Positions 29,535 through 39,801 of a DNA stretch of 43,116 nucleotides are shown piece after piece; position 1 is the first letter of the stretch; each line of letters starts with the position of its first letter. A program made the position numbers and the translations under genes. The notes beneath the pieces are model-generated. The model saw nothing but the letters and a program-made list of their open reading frames with translations. It did not search any database and was not told the DNA's origin. This DNA is from Candidatus Bathyarchaeota archaeon (GTDB lineage Archaea > Thermoproteota > Bathyarchaeia > Bathyarchaeales > Bathycorpusculaceae), in NCBI GenBank assembly GCA_963777155.1, contig CAVZPM010000003.1, forward strand, positions 1 through 43,116. The letters are read 5' to 3'.

Positions 29535-30404
29535 TTGGCGGGGAAAGCTACAGCTATCGCTCATGGAGCTGCAACCATCGTCAACGCGATTGCCCTAGGA
29601 AAGGGTGCAGCTTTTGGAGTTGATTTGTGGACTAAAGCCGAAGTCAAACTAACTAACGAACCAGGGATAATTGAGGCAGAGGTTGTCTCTGATCCCAAAG
29701 AAAGCACGCTCCTAATAGAAAGAACAGTTACTAGAGTTCTGCAAAGGTTCAGTTTAGAGAAGAGTTTTGGCGCAAAAATCAAGACCACTTCAAACATTCC
29801 TATAGCTAAAGGTCTAAAGAGCAGTAGTGCAGCCGCAAACGCCTCAGCCCTCGCAACCACAGCGGCACTGCATAAAAAGCTCGATGACCTGGAAATCGTC
29901 AAAATCGGAGTTGAAGCCGCTTTTGACGCCAAAGTCACGGTTACGGGTGCCTTTGATGATTCATGCGCTTCCTACTTTGGCGGTGCAGTAATAACTGATA
30001 ATCTGAACCGGGAAATAATCAAGCAGTTACCGTTACCTGAAGACTTAACGGTGCTCTTTCATGTGCCACCCCAAAAAGCCTACACCATCAACTCCAACGT
30101 AATCAGATTACAAACCGTTAAACCATTAGTCCAAATCGCCTATGAGAAAGCGTTGGAAGGCAAAATCTGGGAAGCGTTAACTCTAAACGGCCTAATTTAT
30201 TCTTCAGCACAAAATCTCAATACAACAATCGCAGTTGACGCTTTGGTTGCTGGAGCCGTGGCTGCTGGGCTTTGCGGTAAAGGACCTGCCGTTTCCACAG
30301 TGGTTCCGAATGATAAGCTCGATTCAGTTAAGGCTGCCTTACAGAGATACGAGGGCGAAATTCTGTTGGCGCATTTGAACTGTGAGAAAGCAAAGGTGCT
30401 TTAG
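29535..30404 (+). CDS. aroK: Archaeal (GHMP-family) shikimate kinase
   Basis: GAATIVNAI, IPIAKGLKSSSAAANA, TGAFDD. Confidence 0.93.
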   Translation: MAGKATAIAHGAATIVNAIALGKGAAFGVDLWTKAEVKLTNEPGIIEAEVVSDPKESTLLIERTVTRVLQRFSLEKSFGAKIKTTSNIPIAKGLKSSSAAANASALATTAALHKKLDDLEIVKIGVEAAFDAKVTVTGAFDDSCASYFGGAVITDNLNREIIKQLPLPEDLTVLFHVPPQKAYTINSNVIRLQTVKPLVQIAYEKALEGKIWEALTLNGLIYSSAQNLNTTIAVDALVAGAVAAGLCGKGPAVSTVVPNDKLDSVKAALQRYEGEILLAHLNCEKAKVL

Positions 30405-30406
30405 CA

Positions 30407-31702
30407 TTGAATGTTACCATTAAGAAAACTGGAAAATTAAGCGGCCAAGTTTGTGCACCGCCATCTAAGTCTTATACACAGCGAATGGTTATCGCCGCTG
30501 CTCTAGCCAACGGCACCTCAAAAATATCGAATCCCCTTTTATCGGAGGATACTGAAGCCACCCTTAGAGTTGTTACTGCTTTAGGCGCCAAAGCGAAGGT
30601 TGCCGAAGGTTGCTGGACTATCGACGGAACGGTGCCGCTCAAGAGCACGAAAGAGTCAATCAACTGTGGCGAGTCTGGAGCAACTTTGCGTTTTATGATT
30701 CCAGTAGCTGCGTTGGCTAATAATTCTTCTACCCTGGTGTTTCAGGGATCATTTGAGAAGCGACCCGTGGAGCCTCTATTGGCGAGCCTCAAGGAACTAG
30801 GTGCCAAAGTCCATTCTTGCAAGCTTGGCGGAAAAGACGCCGTTTTTGTGTCGGGTGGCGGCATTACTGGGGGCGAGACCTCCATAGAGGGCAATGTTAG
30901 TTCACAGTTTATTTCTGGGTTGATGTTTGCCTGTCCAATGGCTCAGGTTGATACTGAAATAATGCTTACTTCGCCGTTGGAGTCGGTGGATTACGTCAAG
31001 ATGACTCAAGCTGTTCTTGTCGAGCACGGAGTTAAAGTGCCTGTACACGAAAATCACATACATATTCCCGCAGGGCAATCATATACGCCTTCAAACGGCA
31101 GAGTTCCAGGCGATTTTTCTTCCGCTGCCTTCCTCTTAGTTGCAGCAGCTATAACTTCCTCTAAAGTCCAAATAAACAACCTTGATTACAACACCCTTCA
31201 GGGCGACAAAGCAATCATTGGCATCCTAAAGAACATGGGTGTCAATGGGAAAGTCTGCGAAAACAGTATTGAGATTGAAGGCACAGGCAGCTTCCTCAAG
31301 CCCATAGAAGTTGACGCCAAGAATATTCCTGACCTTGTCCCAGCTATAGCCATTCTAGCATGCTACGCAAAGGGTACTTCCCACATTTTTGGTGCTCACA
31401 GGCTTAGACTTAAGGAATCCGACCGTCTCGAATCGCTTTACCTTGAGTTAACAAAGATGGGTGCACAAATCACCATCAATGACGACGGCTTAATTATAGA
31501 GGGTGGTTCACCCTTACACGGCGCAGTTATAGATCCACATAACGACCACCGAATCGCCATGGCATGCGCCGTCGCAGCTTTAATTGCAGATGGAGAAACC
31601 ACAATCCAAAACGCCGAGTGCGTCAGAAAGTCTTATCCGCAGTTCTTCACTCATCTAAAACAAATAGGAGCAGATGTAGTTGGCGGGAAATTCGATAGGT
31701 AA
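30407..31702 (+). CDS. aroA: 3-phosphoshikimate 1-carboxyvinyltransferase (EPSP synthase)
   Basis: PPSKSYTQR, GESGATLRF, SSQFISGL, RLKESDR, DHRIAMA, KSYPQF. Confidence 0.95.
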   Translation: MNVTIKKTGKLSGQVCAPPSKSYTQRMVIAAALANGTSKISNPLLSEDTEATLRVVTALGAKAKVAEGCWTIDGTVPLKSTKESINCGESGATLRFMIPVAALANNSSTLVFQGSFEKRPVEPLLASLKELGAKVHSCKLGGKDAVFVSGGGITGGETSIEGNVSSQFISGLMFACPMAQVDTEIMLTSPLESVDYVKMTQAVLVEHGVKVPVHENHIHIPAGQSYTPSNGRVPGDFSSAAFLLVAAAITSSKVQINNLDYNTLQGDKAIIGILKNMGVNGKVCENSIEIEGTGSFLKPIEVDAKNIPDLVPAIAILACYAKGTSHIFGAHRLRLKESDRLESLYLELTKMGAQITINDDGLIIEGGSPLHGAVIDPHNDHRIAMACAVAALIADGETTIQNAECVRKSYPQFFTHLKQIGADVVGGKFDR

Positions 31703-32784
31703 AGAATTCGTTGTTACATCGTTTGGCGAGAGCCATGGCAAAGTTGTCGGCGTCGTTGTGGATGGTTGCCCAGCTGGTTTGCCGCTTTCTGAAGCCGATT
31801 TTCAGGAGGAGCTTGACCGCAGGATTCCCGCTGAACCCAAGATTGTTTCTGCAAGGATCGAAAAAGACAAAGCCCAAATCCTCTCAGGTGTCTTCAACGG
31901 ATTAACTACAGGTGCCCCAATCGCTTTGACGGTTGAAAACAAGGAAACCCAGTCCAGCGACTACGAAGCCATCAAGGACCTGCCAAGACCTGGACATTCA
32001 GATTATCCAGCCCGTGTTAGGTACGGCGGCTTTAACGATTACCGCGGTGGAGGACGCTTCTCAGGAAGGGTCACAGTCGCACTTATCATGGCTGGCACCA
32101 TAGCCAAAAAGCTGCTCGGCAGATATGACATTGACGTTTTAGCGTACACCCGGTCGATTAGCAAAATTAAAACCGATAAAAAATTTAGTGCTGCAGAAAT
32201 CCGCAAAAACAAAAATGCGGCTGCAACCAGATGCCCCGACTTAGCCTGCGCCGAGAAGATGGAGGAAGCCATAATCAATGCGCGAAAAGAAGGCGAGAGC
32301 CTTGGCGGTGTCATCGAATGCATTGCACTCAACATGCCTCCGGGAATCGGCGAACCGCTATTTGATTCGTTGGATGCTGATTTAGCTAAGGCAGTGTTTG
32401 CGGTTCCCGCGGTGAAAGGCGTCGAGTTTGGAGCTGGGTTCGGGGCTACAGAGTTGACGGGTTCACAGAATAACGATGCTTTCCTTCTAAAGAACGGCAA
32501 AGTTGTTACCTCAACGGAGCATGCAGGCGGAATTTTAGGCGGTTTATCCAGCGGCATGCCCATCATGATTAGTGTGGCAATTAAGCCAACACCGTCAATT
32601 GCTAAGGAACAGAAAACCGTTAACCTCGCCTCGATGGAGAACGCAGCCATAAACGTAAAGGGAAGACACGACCCTTGCGTAGTTCCTAAAGCCGTGCCCG
32701 CCATCGAAGCAGCAGTTGCTATAACCTTAGCTCGACCACATGATCCGCGCAGGCTACATACCGAAAGTCCTCAAGGAGCACTAA
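31680..32784 (+). CDS. aroC: Chorismate synthase; +1 frameshift at ~32729-32733
   Basis: FGESHG, PRPGHSD, GGGRFSGR, GGILGG, GRHDPC; the corrected end reads DHMIRAGYIPKVLKEH* (TAA 32782-32784). Confidence 0.93.
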
Positions 32785-32788
32785 ATAC

Positions 32789-33051
32789 ATGGATGAAATC
32801 CCCAAGCTAAGAAAACAGGTAGATGCAATCGACGACCAAATCCTAGCCGCCCTCTGTGAACGGGTTAAGGTTTGCAGAGCAATCGGAGAAGCCAAGAAGA
32901 AACAGGGCAAACCCGTTCGAGATGTATCCCGGGAGAATGAGGTCTTACACGAGAATCAGCAGAGAAAGCTGCTATATTTGGTTTAAATGGGAGCCAGATT
33001 GAAGCAGTTTACCGCGAAATAGTTAATATGTGCAGTGTCGTTCAAGAATAA
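32789..33051 (+). CDS. Chorismate mutase (AroQ class); two +1 insertions near 32945-32961
   Basis: LRKQVDAIDDQILAALCER...K...D.SRE; the corrected end reads EKAAIFGLNGSQIEAVYREIVNMCSVVQE* (86 aa). Confidence 0.88.
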
Positions 33052-33075
33052 AGAACTCTTAACGGGAGTCCACAA

Positions 33076-34155
33076 ATGCTCTACGAAATAAACGAGAAAG
33101 CCCTCAAACTTGAAAGTGAAGGAAAAAAGATAATTCGCTTAAACCTCGGCGACCCAGACATAGCTACGCCTCCAGAAATCGTGGAAGCTGCTTACGCTTC
33201 GATGAAGGAAGGCAAAACCAAGTATTCCTCCTCATACGGAGAGCTGAAGCTACGACAGAAAATCGCTGAGGAACACGGCGTTAAAGCAGAAAACGTCGTG
33301 ATTACGCCTGGTTCAAAATGGGCCATTTTCGCTACGATGTTTTTGATGCTTAAAAACGGCGGCAACGTAATCATCCCCACACCATACTGGACAGCTTACG
33401 ACTTAATCGCAAAGAGCTTCGGCGCTAAAACCAAGTTATTGCGGACCGAAATGGAAGATGGTTGGAAAATTGACCTTGCCGAGCTTGAACGTTTGATTGA
33501 TAAAGACACAAAAATGATTATCCTCAATAACCCAAACAACCCTACAAGCAAAGTCATAGATACAAAAACCTTGGACGGCGTCGTCGAATTAGCCAACAAA
33601 AAAGGCGTCACTATCCTTTCCGACGAAGTTTATGGGGCAATAAGCTTTGTGAAAACCAAAAGCATCCTCGACTATGAAGGCGAATGCAAACACATCCTCT
33701 CCAATGGTTTCTCAAAGACCTTCAGCATGACAGGTTGGCGCATCGGCTACCTGGTAGCCAACAAAATGTTCATCGACAACGTAACTAAACTCAACCAGAT
33801 CACAATCAACAACATACCCGTCTTCATCCAAGACGCTGCACTCAAAGGCCTAGAGCTTCACAAACAAATAGCGTCTGCCATTAAAGCTAAGTACCAACGG
33901 CGTGCAGATCTGGCAAGCACCAAACTCTCAGCGGCAGGTTTCAAATTTACCAAGCCTGAAGCGCCCTTCTACGTTTTTCCCAAGCTACCGGGTTTAGACG
34001 GCGACAAATTTACTTTAGAACTACTAGACAAAGGGGTAGCTGTGGCTCCCGGCTCATCTTTTGGAGACTATCGCGAACATTTCCGCATCAGTTTGACAGT
34101 ACCAGACGACCAAATAGAAGAGGGTCTGGATAGAATCTGCGAGGCGGCTCGATGA
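33076..34155 (+). CDS. Class I PLP aminotransferase, probably aromatic by context
   Basis: NNPNNPT, SDEVY, FSKTFSMTGWRIG; lies between chorismate mutase and tyrA. Confidence 0.88.
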   Translation: MLYEINEKALKLESEGKKIIRLNLGDPDIATPPEIVEAAYASMKEGKTKYSSSYGELKLRQKIAEEHGVKAENVVITPGSKWAIFATMFLMLKNGGNVIIPTPYWTAYDLIAKSFGAKTKLLRTEMEDGWKIDLAELERLIDKDTKMIILNNPNNPTSKVIDTKTLDGVVELANKKGVTILSDEVYGAISFVKTKSILDYEGECKHILSNGFSKTFSMTGWRIGYLVANKMFIDNVTKLNQITINNIPVFIQDAALKGLELHKQIASAIKAKYQRRADLASTKLSAAGFKFTKPEAPFYVFPKLPGLDGDKFTLELLDKGVAVAPGSSFGDYREHFRISLTVPDDQIEEGLDRICEAAR

Positions 34156-35024
34156 GGATTGCCGTAATCGGCGCAGGGAAAATGGGCGTTTGGTTCGCCA
34201 AGTTTTTTCTCTCCAAAGATTACGATGTAGTATTAGCAGACAGAAAAAAAGACAAGCTTATAGAACTTGGCGAGTTACCTGTTGATTTAACCACAAACTT
34301 CCAAGAAGCCGTTTCTGACGCTGACCAAATTTACCTATGTGTATCTATAAACGCTATCGAAGAAATCGCCAAAACCATCGGTCCTGTCTTGCATGAGGGA
34401 CAAGTGGTCATGGATATTGCCTCAATCAAGGAAGCTCCCGTTAAAACAATGCATCAGTATATCAAAGGTGCCACCGTCTTGGGTACGCACCCGGTTTTTG
34501 GGCCAGGAAGCAACGGTGTCAAACACAAAGCCTATGTTCTGACTCCAACTAACCCTGAAGAGCAAAAGTTTGCTGAAGAGTTCAAAACATGGCTGGAAAA
34601 AGAAGAAGCCCACGTTTTCGTAATGACGCCTAAGAAACATGATGAACTCATGTCAGTTGTGCTGGGGTTACCACACTTCTTAGGACTAGTTGCATGCGAA
34701 ACCTTGCTGGAACAGAAGAATTTATCTGAAACCAAAAAAGTGGCAGGTACAACCTACCGGATGTTGTTCACGTTGGCAGAAGCTACGGCGCTAGAAACCC
34801 CAGACCTTTACGCGGCAGTGCAGACGAACCTACAAGAACTGGGCAAAATCGAGGACATCTTCATGGCCAAAGCCCAAGAACTGCTCACCCTGATAAAAAA
34901 CAAAGACCAAAAAGCAATCGTCGAACGCATGGAACAACTAAAGAAGAAATTGGCATCTGTTGATAGTGACTTCGCCAAAAGCTACGATGTCATGTACAGG
35001 ATGCTTCAATCCACCGAAGAGTAG
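34152..35024 (+). CDS. tyrA: Prephenate/arogenate dehydrogenase
   Basis: GAGKMG, DIASIK, HPVFGP, HDELMSVVLGLPH. Confidence 0.93.
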   Translation: MRIAVIGAGKMGVWFAKFFLSKDYDVVLADRKKDKLIELGELPVDLTTNFQEAVSDADQIYLCVSINAIEEIAKTIGPVLHEGQVVMDIASIKEAPVKTMHQYIKGATVLGTHPVFGPGSNGVKHKAYVLTPTNPEEQKFAEEFKTWLEKEEAHVFVMTPKKHDELMSVVLGLPHFLGLVACETLLEQKNLSETKKVAGTTYRMLFTLAEATALETPDLYAAVQTNLQELGKIEDIFMAKAQELLTLIKNKDQKAIVERMEQLKKKLASVDSDFAKSYDVMYRMLQSTEE

Positions 35025-35031
35025 GTAGCCG

Positions 35032-35658
35032 ATGACTAGAACCTTACTTATCAACTGTTACCTGAACAGCACAAAAATCAGTAACTTACAAACCGTTTTG
35101 AATAATTATACTAACTGCAAAGTCGTCAGCTTTGAGAACATCCAGTTGGGTTACCAACTTGAAGGCTTCGATGCGGTGGTTATAAGTGGGTCGGAAGCCC
35201 GAATAGTTCACGCCTCAGACAGGGCGAAATACGAGAACGTTTTGAGATTAATTGAAACGTGCAACTTGCCTATTCTTGGCATTTGCTTCGGACACCAATT
35301 GCTTTGTTCAGCATTCGGCGCCAAAACAGGTACCCTGCCTCAACCAGTGATTGACAGGTTCGAACAGATCAATGTGGTTCAAACAGGCGAAATATTTTCC
35401 AGGTTTAAGGGAGAACAAAAAATACCATTATCAGAATACCACAACGATTATGTCTTAAAAGAAAGCCTCGAGAGCGCAGGCTTCAAGTTATTGGCTGATT
35501 CACTTTCATGTGAAGTGGAAGCAGTCAAACACATAACTAATCTCTTCTACGGCGTACAATTCCACCCTGAACGCATCATAATACAAAATGAGACACATCC
35601 GGAAGGACACAAAGTTATAGAGAACTTTTTCGTTCACGTAGTTAAAAGATTTGGTTAG
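35032..35658 (+). CDS. Class I glutamine amidotransferase (stand-alone)
   Basis: Intact triad motifs GICFGHQ and GVQFHPE. Confidence 0.85.
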   Translation: MTRTLLINCYLNSTKISNLQTVLNNYTNCKVVSFENIQLGYQLEGFDAVVISGSEARIVHASDRAKYENVLRLIETCNLPILGICFGHQLLCSAFGAKTGTLPQPVIDRFEQINVVQTGEIFSRFKGEQKIPLSEYHNDYVLKESLESAGFKLLADSLSCEVEAVKHITNLFYGVQFHPERIIIQNETHPEGHKVIENFFVHVVKRFG

Positions 35659-35679
35659 TCAGAAATGAGGCTCTAAAAC

Positions 35680-36396
35680 ATGGCAGCTAAGAAAACCTGT
35701 GAAAAATGTGGAGCAGATCTTGAATGGCACGAACAACATATGGTTTTTTGGAATAAACATCTCAAAAAAGGCTACATAAAATGGCTAGTAATCGGCTCCT
35801 CCCAGTTTGGCACACGCAAGGATTTTCCACAATACACAGGAAAAAAACTATGCCAATCCTGTGCCTATGAATTATTCAACTTTGGTGCAGTTTGTCCAGA
35901 GTGCGGCAAGAGAGGAATCCACAAATGCACCCCTGATGCAGACAAAAAACTCTGCTCTAAATGCGCTTTTTCATCAAAGACTGCGATAGAACATGAAAAA
36001 GCTAGTGGAACAAATATCATGGGGCTCATCACCGGTAACGCAGCAATGGATAATTCATCAATGGAACGTTGGGTATGTGCAAAAAAGTTTGATATTAACA
36101 ATCAACTAAGTTTTGCTGAAAATTGCTCAAGTTACATAACACTGTCAGAATATGACAAGAAACGCGCCAGCGGAGAAATCGGCAGTGAGTCCGAGCCAGT
36201 CGAGGCTGTAGTTGACTTCTCTTCGCTGAAGGCTTTGCTGACCAAGAATGGGCTGATAATGTCTGCTTTTAACTGCCCCAATTGTAGCGGCATGGTTGAT
36301 ATTCCCGAAAATGGGAAAGTTCTAATCTGCAAACATTGTGGCTCCCCAATAAAACCAGTTGACATCCTTGAAAGAATTAAATCGCTAATACAATAA
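35680..36396 (+). CDS. Multi-zinc-finger hypothetical protein
   Basis: Six CxxC motifs: CEKC, CQSC, CPEC, CSKC, CPNC, CKHC. Confidence 0.8.
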   Translation: MAAKKTCEKCGADLEWHEQHMVFWNKHLKKGYIKWLVIGSSQFGTRKDFPQYTGKKLCQSCAYELFNFGAVCPECGKRGIHKCTPDADKKLCSKCAFSSKTAIEHEKASGTNIMGLITGNAAMDNSSMERWVCAKKFDINNQLSFAENCSSYITLSEYDKKRASGEIGSESEPVEAVVDFSSLKALLTKNGLIMSAFNCPNCSGMVDIPENGKVLICKHCGSPIKPVDILERIKSLIQ

Positions 36397-36407
36397 ACCG
36401 GCTTTTC

Positions 36408-37232
36408 TTAAAAAGGAGTAACAGCTTTGGGGTATGAGCCCAAGATTTTGACAAAAATTGCGTATTTCTCCAATGCTTTAAGGGCTTCTGCGCATTTCTG
36501 TTCAGTTCGGTGCCCTTCAAAATCCAAGTAAAAATTGTATTCCCACGCGGTCTTCTTGGTGGGCCGCGATTCGATTCTGGTCAGGTTGATTTTTCTTTTG
36601 GCAAATTCTCCCAATGCACCGTAGAGTGAGCCAGGCTCATGTTTAGCTGAGAAGATTATGCTAGTTTTGTCTTTGCCTGTTGGTGTAGAGTCTTGCTGGG
36701 ATAGTACGAAGAAGCGGGTATAGTTTTCTTTGTTGTCAGCTATGTCACGTGCGAGAATTTGCATGCCATAGATTTCTGCGGCTCGCTCGCTTGCGATGGC
36801 TGCGGCATTTGTGAGTTTTTGTTCTTTTATAATTTTGACGCTACCTGCTGTGTCGTAGGCTGGGACGATTTCCCACTTTGCCTTCTCCAAGTAACTGCGA
36901 CATTGCGCCAGCGCTTGGGGATGCGAGTAAACGGCTTTGATTTGACTCATAGCTGTGCCAGGGTTCACAATTAAGCAATGTGCTATTCTAACTATGACTT
37001 CTCCGCAGACTTTCAGGTCATAATTGAAGAATAGATCGTAGTTTTGGTTGATGCTACCTTCAAGCGAGTTCTCCACTGGCACTGCGCCAGCTACAACCTC
37101 GCCAAGTTTCACCGCTTCGAAGACGTCGCGGAAGTCTCTGCAGGGCTTAGCTTGTACTTTTGAGCCGAAGAACTGGTAGACTGCAGATTCGCTGTAGGCG
37201 CCGGGTTCGCCTTGGAAGGCTACGGTTTTCAC
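36408..37232 (-). CDS. pheA: Prephenate dehydratase with ACT domain
   Basis: FQGEPGAYS, PVENSLEGS, SHPQALAQC, NYTRF, LTRIESRP. Confidence 0.95.
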   Translation of the reverse strand: MKTVAFQGEPGAYSESAVYQFFGSKVQAKPCRDFRDVFEAVKLGEVVAGAVPVENSLEGSINQNYDLFFNYDLKVCGEVIVRIAHCLIVNPGTAMSQIKAVYSHPQALAQCRSYLEKAKWEIVPAYDTAGSVKIIKEQKLTNAAAIASERAAEIYGMQILARDIADNKENYTRFFVLSQQDSTPTGKDKTSIIFSAKHEPGSLYGALGEFAKRKINLTRIESRPTKKTAWEYNFYLDFEGHRTEQKCAEALKALEKYAIFVKILGSYPKAVTPF

Positions 37233-38770
37233 TTTTTGTTTCCCTGCTTGTTGTGGTTCTTTAGCAGGAGCTTGTTTATACCATTTATCATTGCTTCTAC
37301 ACTCGCCATAACAATGTCTTCTCTGGCTGCTCGCGCGGAGACGATGTTGCCTTTTTCATCTTCGACTTTTATGACTACTTCAGCCACTGCGTTTGAGCCG
37401 CCTGTTATGGCTTCCAGTCGGTATTCGCTGAGTCTGATGTTTTCGATGCTGCTTGTTAATTTTTGGATTGCTTTTAGTACTGCATCTACTGGTCCAACGC
37501 CTGTTTCTGCTGCAACGTATTCTTTGCCATTCAAGACCAAACGCACGGAAGCGGTTGGAATAACTTTGATGCCTGTAACCACTGCCATATCGCAGAGGTC
37601 AACGATTTTTTCTTCCCCAATCACTTCACCCATGACAGCTGATGTTAACGCTATCAAGTCTGCGTCGGTCACCATTTTGCCTTTATCGCCTAAATCTTTG
37701 ACTCTTTGAACAATTTCTTTGATTTGCTCTTCGGTGGGGTGGATTCCGATTTCTTCGAGTTCAGCTTTGATGCCTCGGGTTCCGGCCAGTTTGCCCGCCA
37801 CAAGTTTCCTTGTGCGACCGACTAATTCGGGGTTTATGGGTTCGAAGGTTAATGGTTTCTCTGTTACTCCACGTGTATGGATGCCTGATTCGTGGGCAAA
37901 CGCGTTTTCGCCGACAATTGCCTTGTTAGCTTGCACAGTTATACCTGTTAGGGACGCGACCATTCTTGAGGTGCTGTAAAGCAATCGGGTATTGACACCT
38001 GTTTTGTACTTGTAGATAATATCCAGCGCCATCACGACTTCTTCGAGTGCAGCGTTGCCTGCTCGTTCGCCTAAGCCGTTTACGGCGACGTGTACTTGGG
38101 CTGCTCCTGCTTCAACTGCTGCGAGGGAGTTTGCGACTGCTAAGCCGAAGTCGTCGTGACAATGGGTACTTATCGGCACTGTGATGACTTTTTTGAGTTC
38201 TTCAATAAGTTTGATTGTTGTTTTGGGAGTCATGATACCGACCGTGTCGGGAACGTTTAGGCTATCCATGCCTGCGTCTTGTGCGGCTTTGCAGACTTGT
38301 TTTAGGAAAGGCATCTCTGAACGAGTGGCATCCATCGGTGAAAACTCACATTTTACCCCGTGCTTTTTCACGTACTCAATCGAGTCAACCGTAGAAGCCA
38401 GTACCTGTTCAGGTGTCAAGTTTACTGCATACTTCATCTGGACTTGAGAGGTTGGGATGAAAACGTGGACTAAGTCAACGTCACAATCTAGCGCTGCGTT
38501 AATGTCGCCTCTTGTTGCTCGGGACAAGGCGCAGATTTCGGGAGTTAAGCCTAATTTAGCAATATCTCGGACTACTTTTTTTTCGCCATCAGAGGAACTC
38601 GGAAACCCAGCTTCGATGACATCAACACCCAGTTTGCTGAGTTGGTGTGCAATCTCAATCTTGTCGTCAGCTGTTAAAGAAACTCCGGGGGTTTGTTCCC
38701 CGTCTCTTAATGTGGTGTCAAAAATACGGATTCGGGTGGATGTTTTATTCGGGGTCATGCTTTCAGCCAC
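37229..38770 (-). CDS. leuA: 2-isopropylmalate synthase / (R)-citramalate synthase family
   Basis: DTTLRDGEQTPG, HCHDDFGLAVAN, GERAGNA, C-terminal allosteric domain. LeuA versus CimA cannot be resolved by eye. Confidence 0.8.
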   Translation of the reverse strand: MAESMTPNKTSTRIRIFDTTLRDGEQTPGVSLTADDKIEIAHQLSKLGVDVIEAGFPSSSDGEKKVVRDIAKLGLTPEICALSRATRGDINAALDCDVDLVHVFIPTSQVQMKYAVNLTPEQVLASTVDSIEYVKKHGVKCEFSPMDATRSEMPFLKQVCKAAQDAGMDSLNVPDTVGIMTPKTTIKLIEELKKVITVPISTHCHDDFGLAVANSLAAVEAGAAQVHVAVNGLGERAGNAALEEVVMALDIIYKYKTGVNTRLLYSTSRMVASLTGITVQANKAIVGENAFAHESGIHTRGVTEKPLTFEPINPELVGRTRKLVAGKLAGTRGIKAELEEIGIHPTEEQIKEIVQRVKDLGDKGKMVTDADLIALTSAVMGEVIGEEKIVDLCDMAVVTGIKVIPTASVRLVLNGKEYVAAETGVGPVDAVLKAIQKLTSSIENIRLSEYRLEAITGGSNAVAEVVIKVEDEKGNIVSARAAREDIVMASVEAMINGINKLLLKNHNKQGNKK

Positions 38771-39801
38771 TTTTGACGGTTAACGCCGCAGCAATGGCTT
38801 CTGCCATGCCAACGGTCGTGGTTTTGCCGCCGCAGTCTGGAACAGATTGACCATTACGTAAAGCGTATATTACTCCGTTCTCTATGGCTGCACCTGCTTG
38901 TAAGCATTTCTTGTCGCCGTATTTTTCTCCTAGCCACTCAAGCATCATTTTTGCGGAGAGTATCATGGAGATTGGGTTGGCGGTGTGTTTTCCTGCTCGG
39001 TTTGGTGCTGAGCCGTGGATGGGTTCAAAGAGGCCGAAGTTATCGCCTACGTTTGCGCCTGGAGCCATGCCTAAGCCGCCGATTTGCTGTGCTGCTTCGT
39101 CGCTAAGGATATCGCCAAACATGTTGCATGTGCAGAATACATCGAATATTTCTGGTTCTTTGATTAGCCGCATGGATGCTGCGTCAACATAGAGTTCGTT
39201 GAATTTGATGTCTGGGTACTGTTTTGCGGTTTCGCGGCAAACGCTAGCGAATAAGCCGTCGGTTACGCGCATGACGTTGGCCTTGTGGATGGCTGTGACT
39301 TTCTTTTTGCCGTTTCTTAGGCGTGCGATTTCGAAGGCTTTTTTGGCTATGCGTTCGCAGTTTTTACGTGTGATAACTCGCATGCAGATAGTTGTGTCGT
39401 TGCCGATGGTGAATTCTAAGCCTTTGTAAACGTCCTCAGTGTTTTCACGGACAAAGTACATGTCGATGTCTGGGTGGGCAACTTTGACGTTGGGGTAGGC
39501 TTTGAGGGGGCGAAGGTTAGCGTACAGGTCAAACATGACTCTTAGCTTTACTATGGTGTCGGCTGCAGTTTCGCCTACTGGTCCCTTTAGACAAGCATGG
39601 GAGTTCTTGATTTTATCCACTGTATCTGCTGGGAGTGCGATCGCCTAGCGTCTCAAGGGCGATGTCGCCTGCGGGGGCATCAATGATTTTGAATTTTAAA
39701 GCGAATTTTTTCTCTACTGCTTGTAGGACTTTAAGCGTGGCTTCGGATAATTCTGGTCCGATGCCGTCGCCTTGGATTAAGGATATTTTATATTCAGTCA
39801 T
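38763..39801 (-). CDS. leuB: 3-isopropylmalate dehydrogenase family; +1 frameshift at ~39641
   Basis: GDGIGPE (39613..39801) joins RENTED, HKANV, NMFGDILSD, FEPIHGSAP (38763..39620). Confidence 0.9.
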
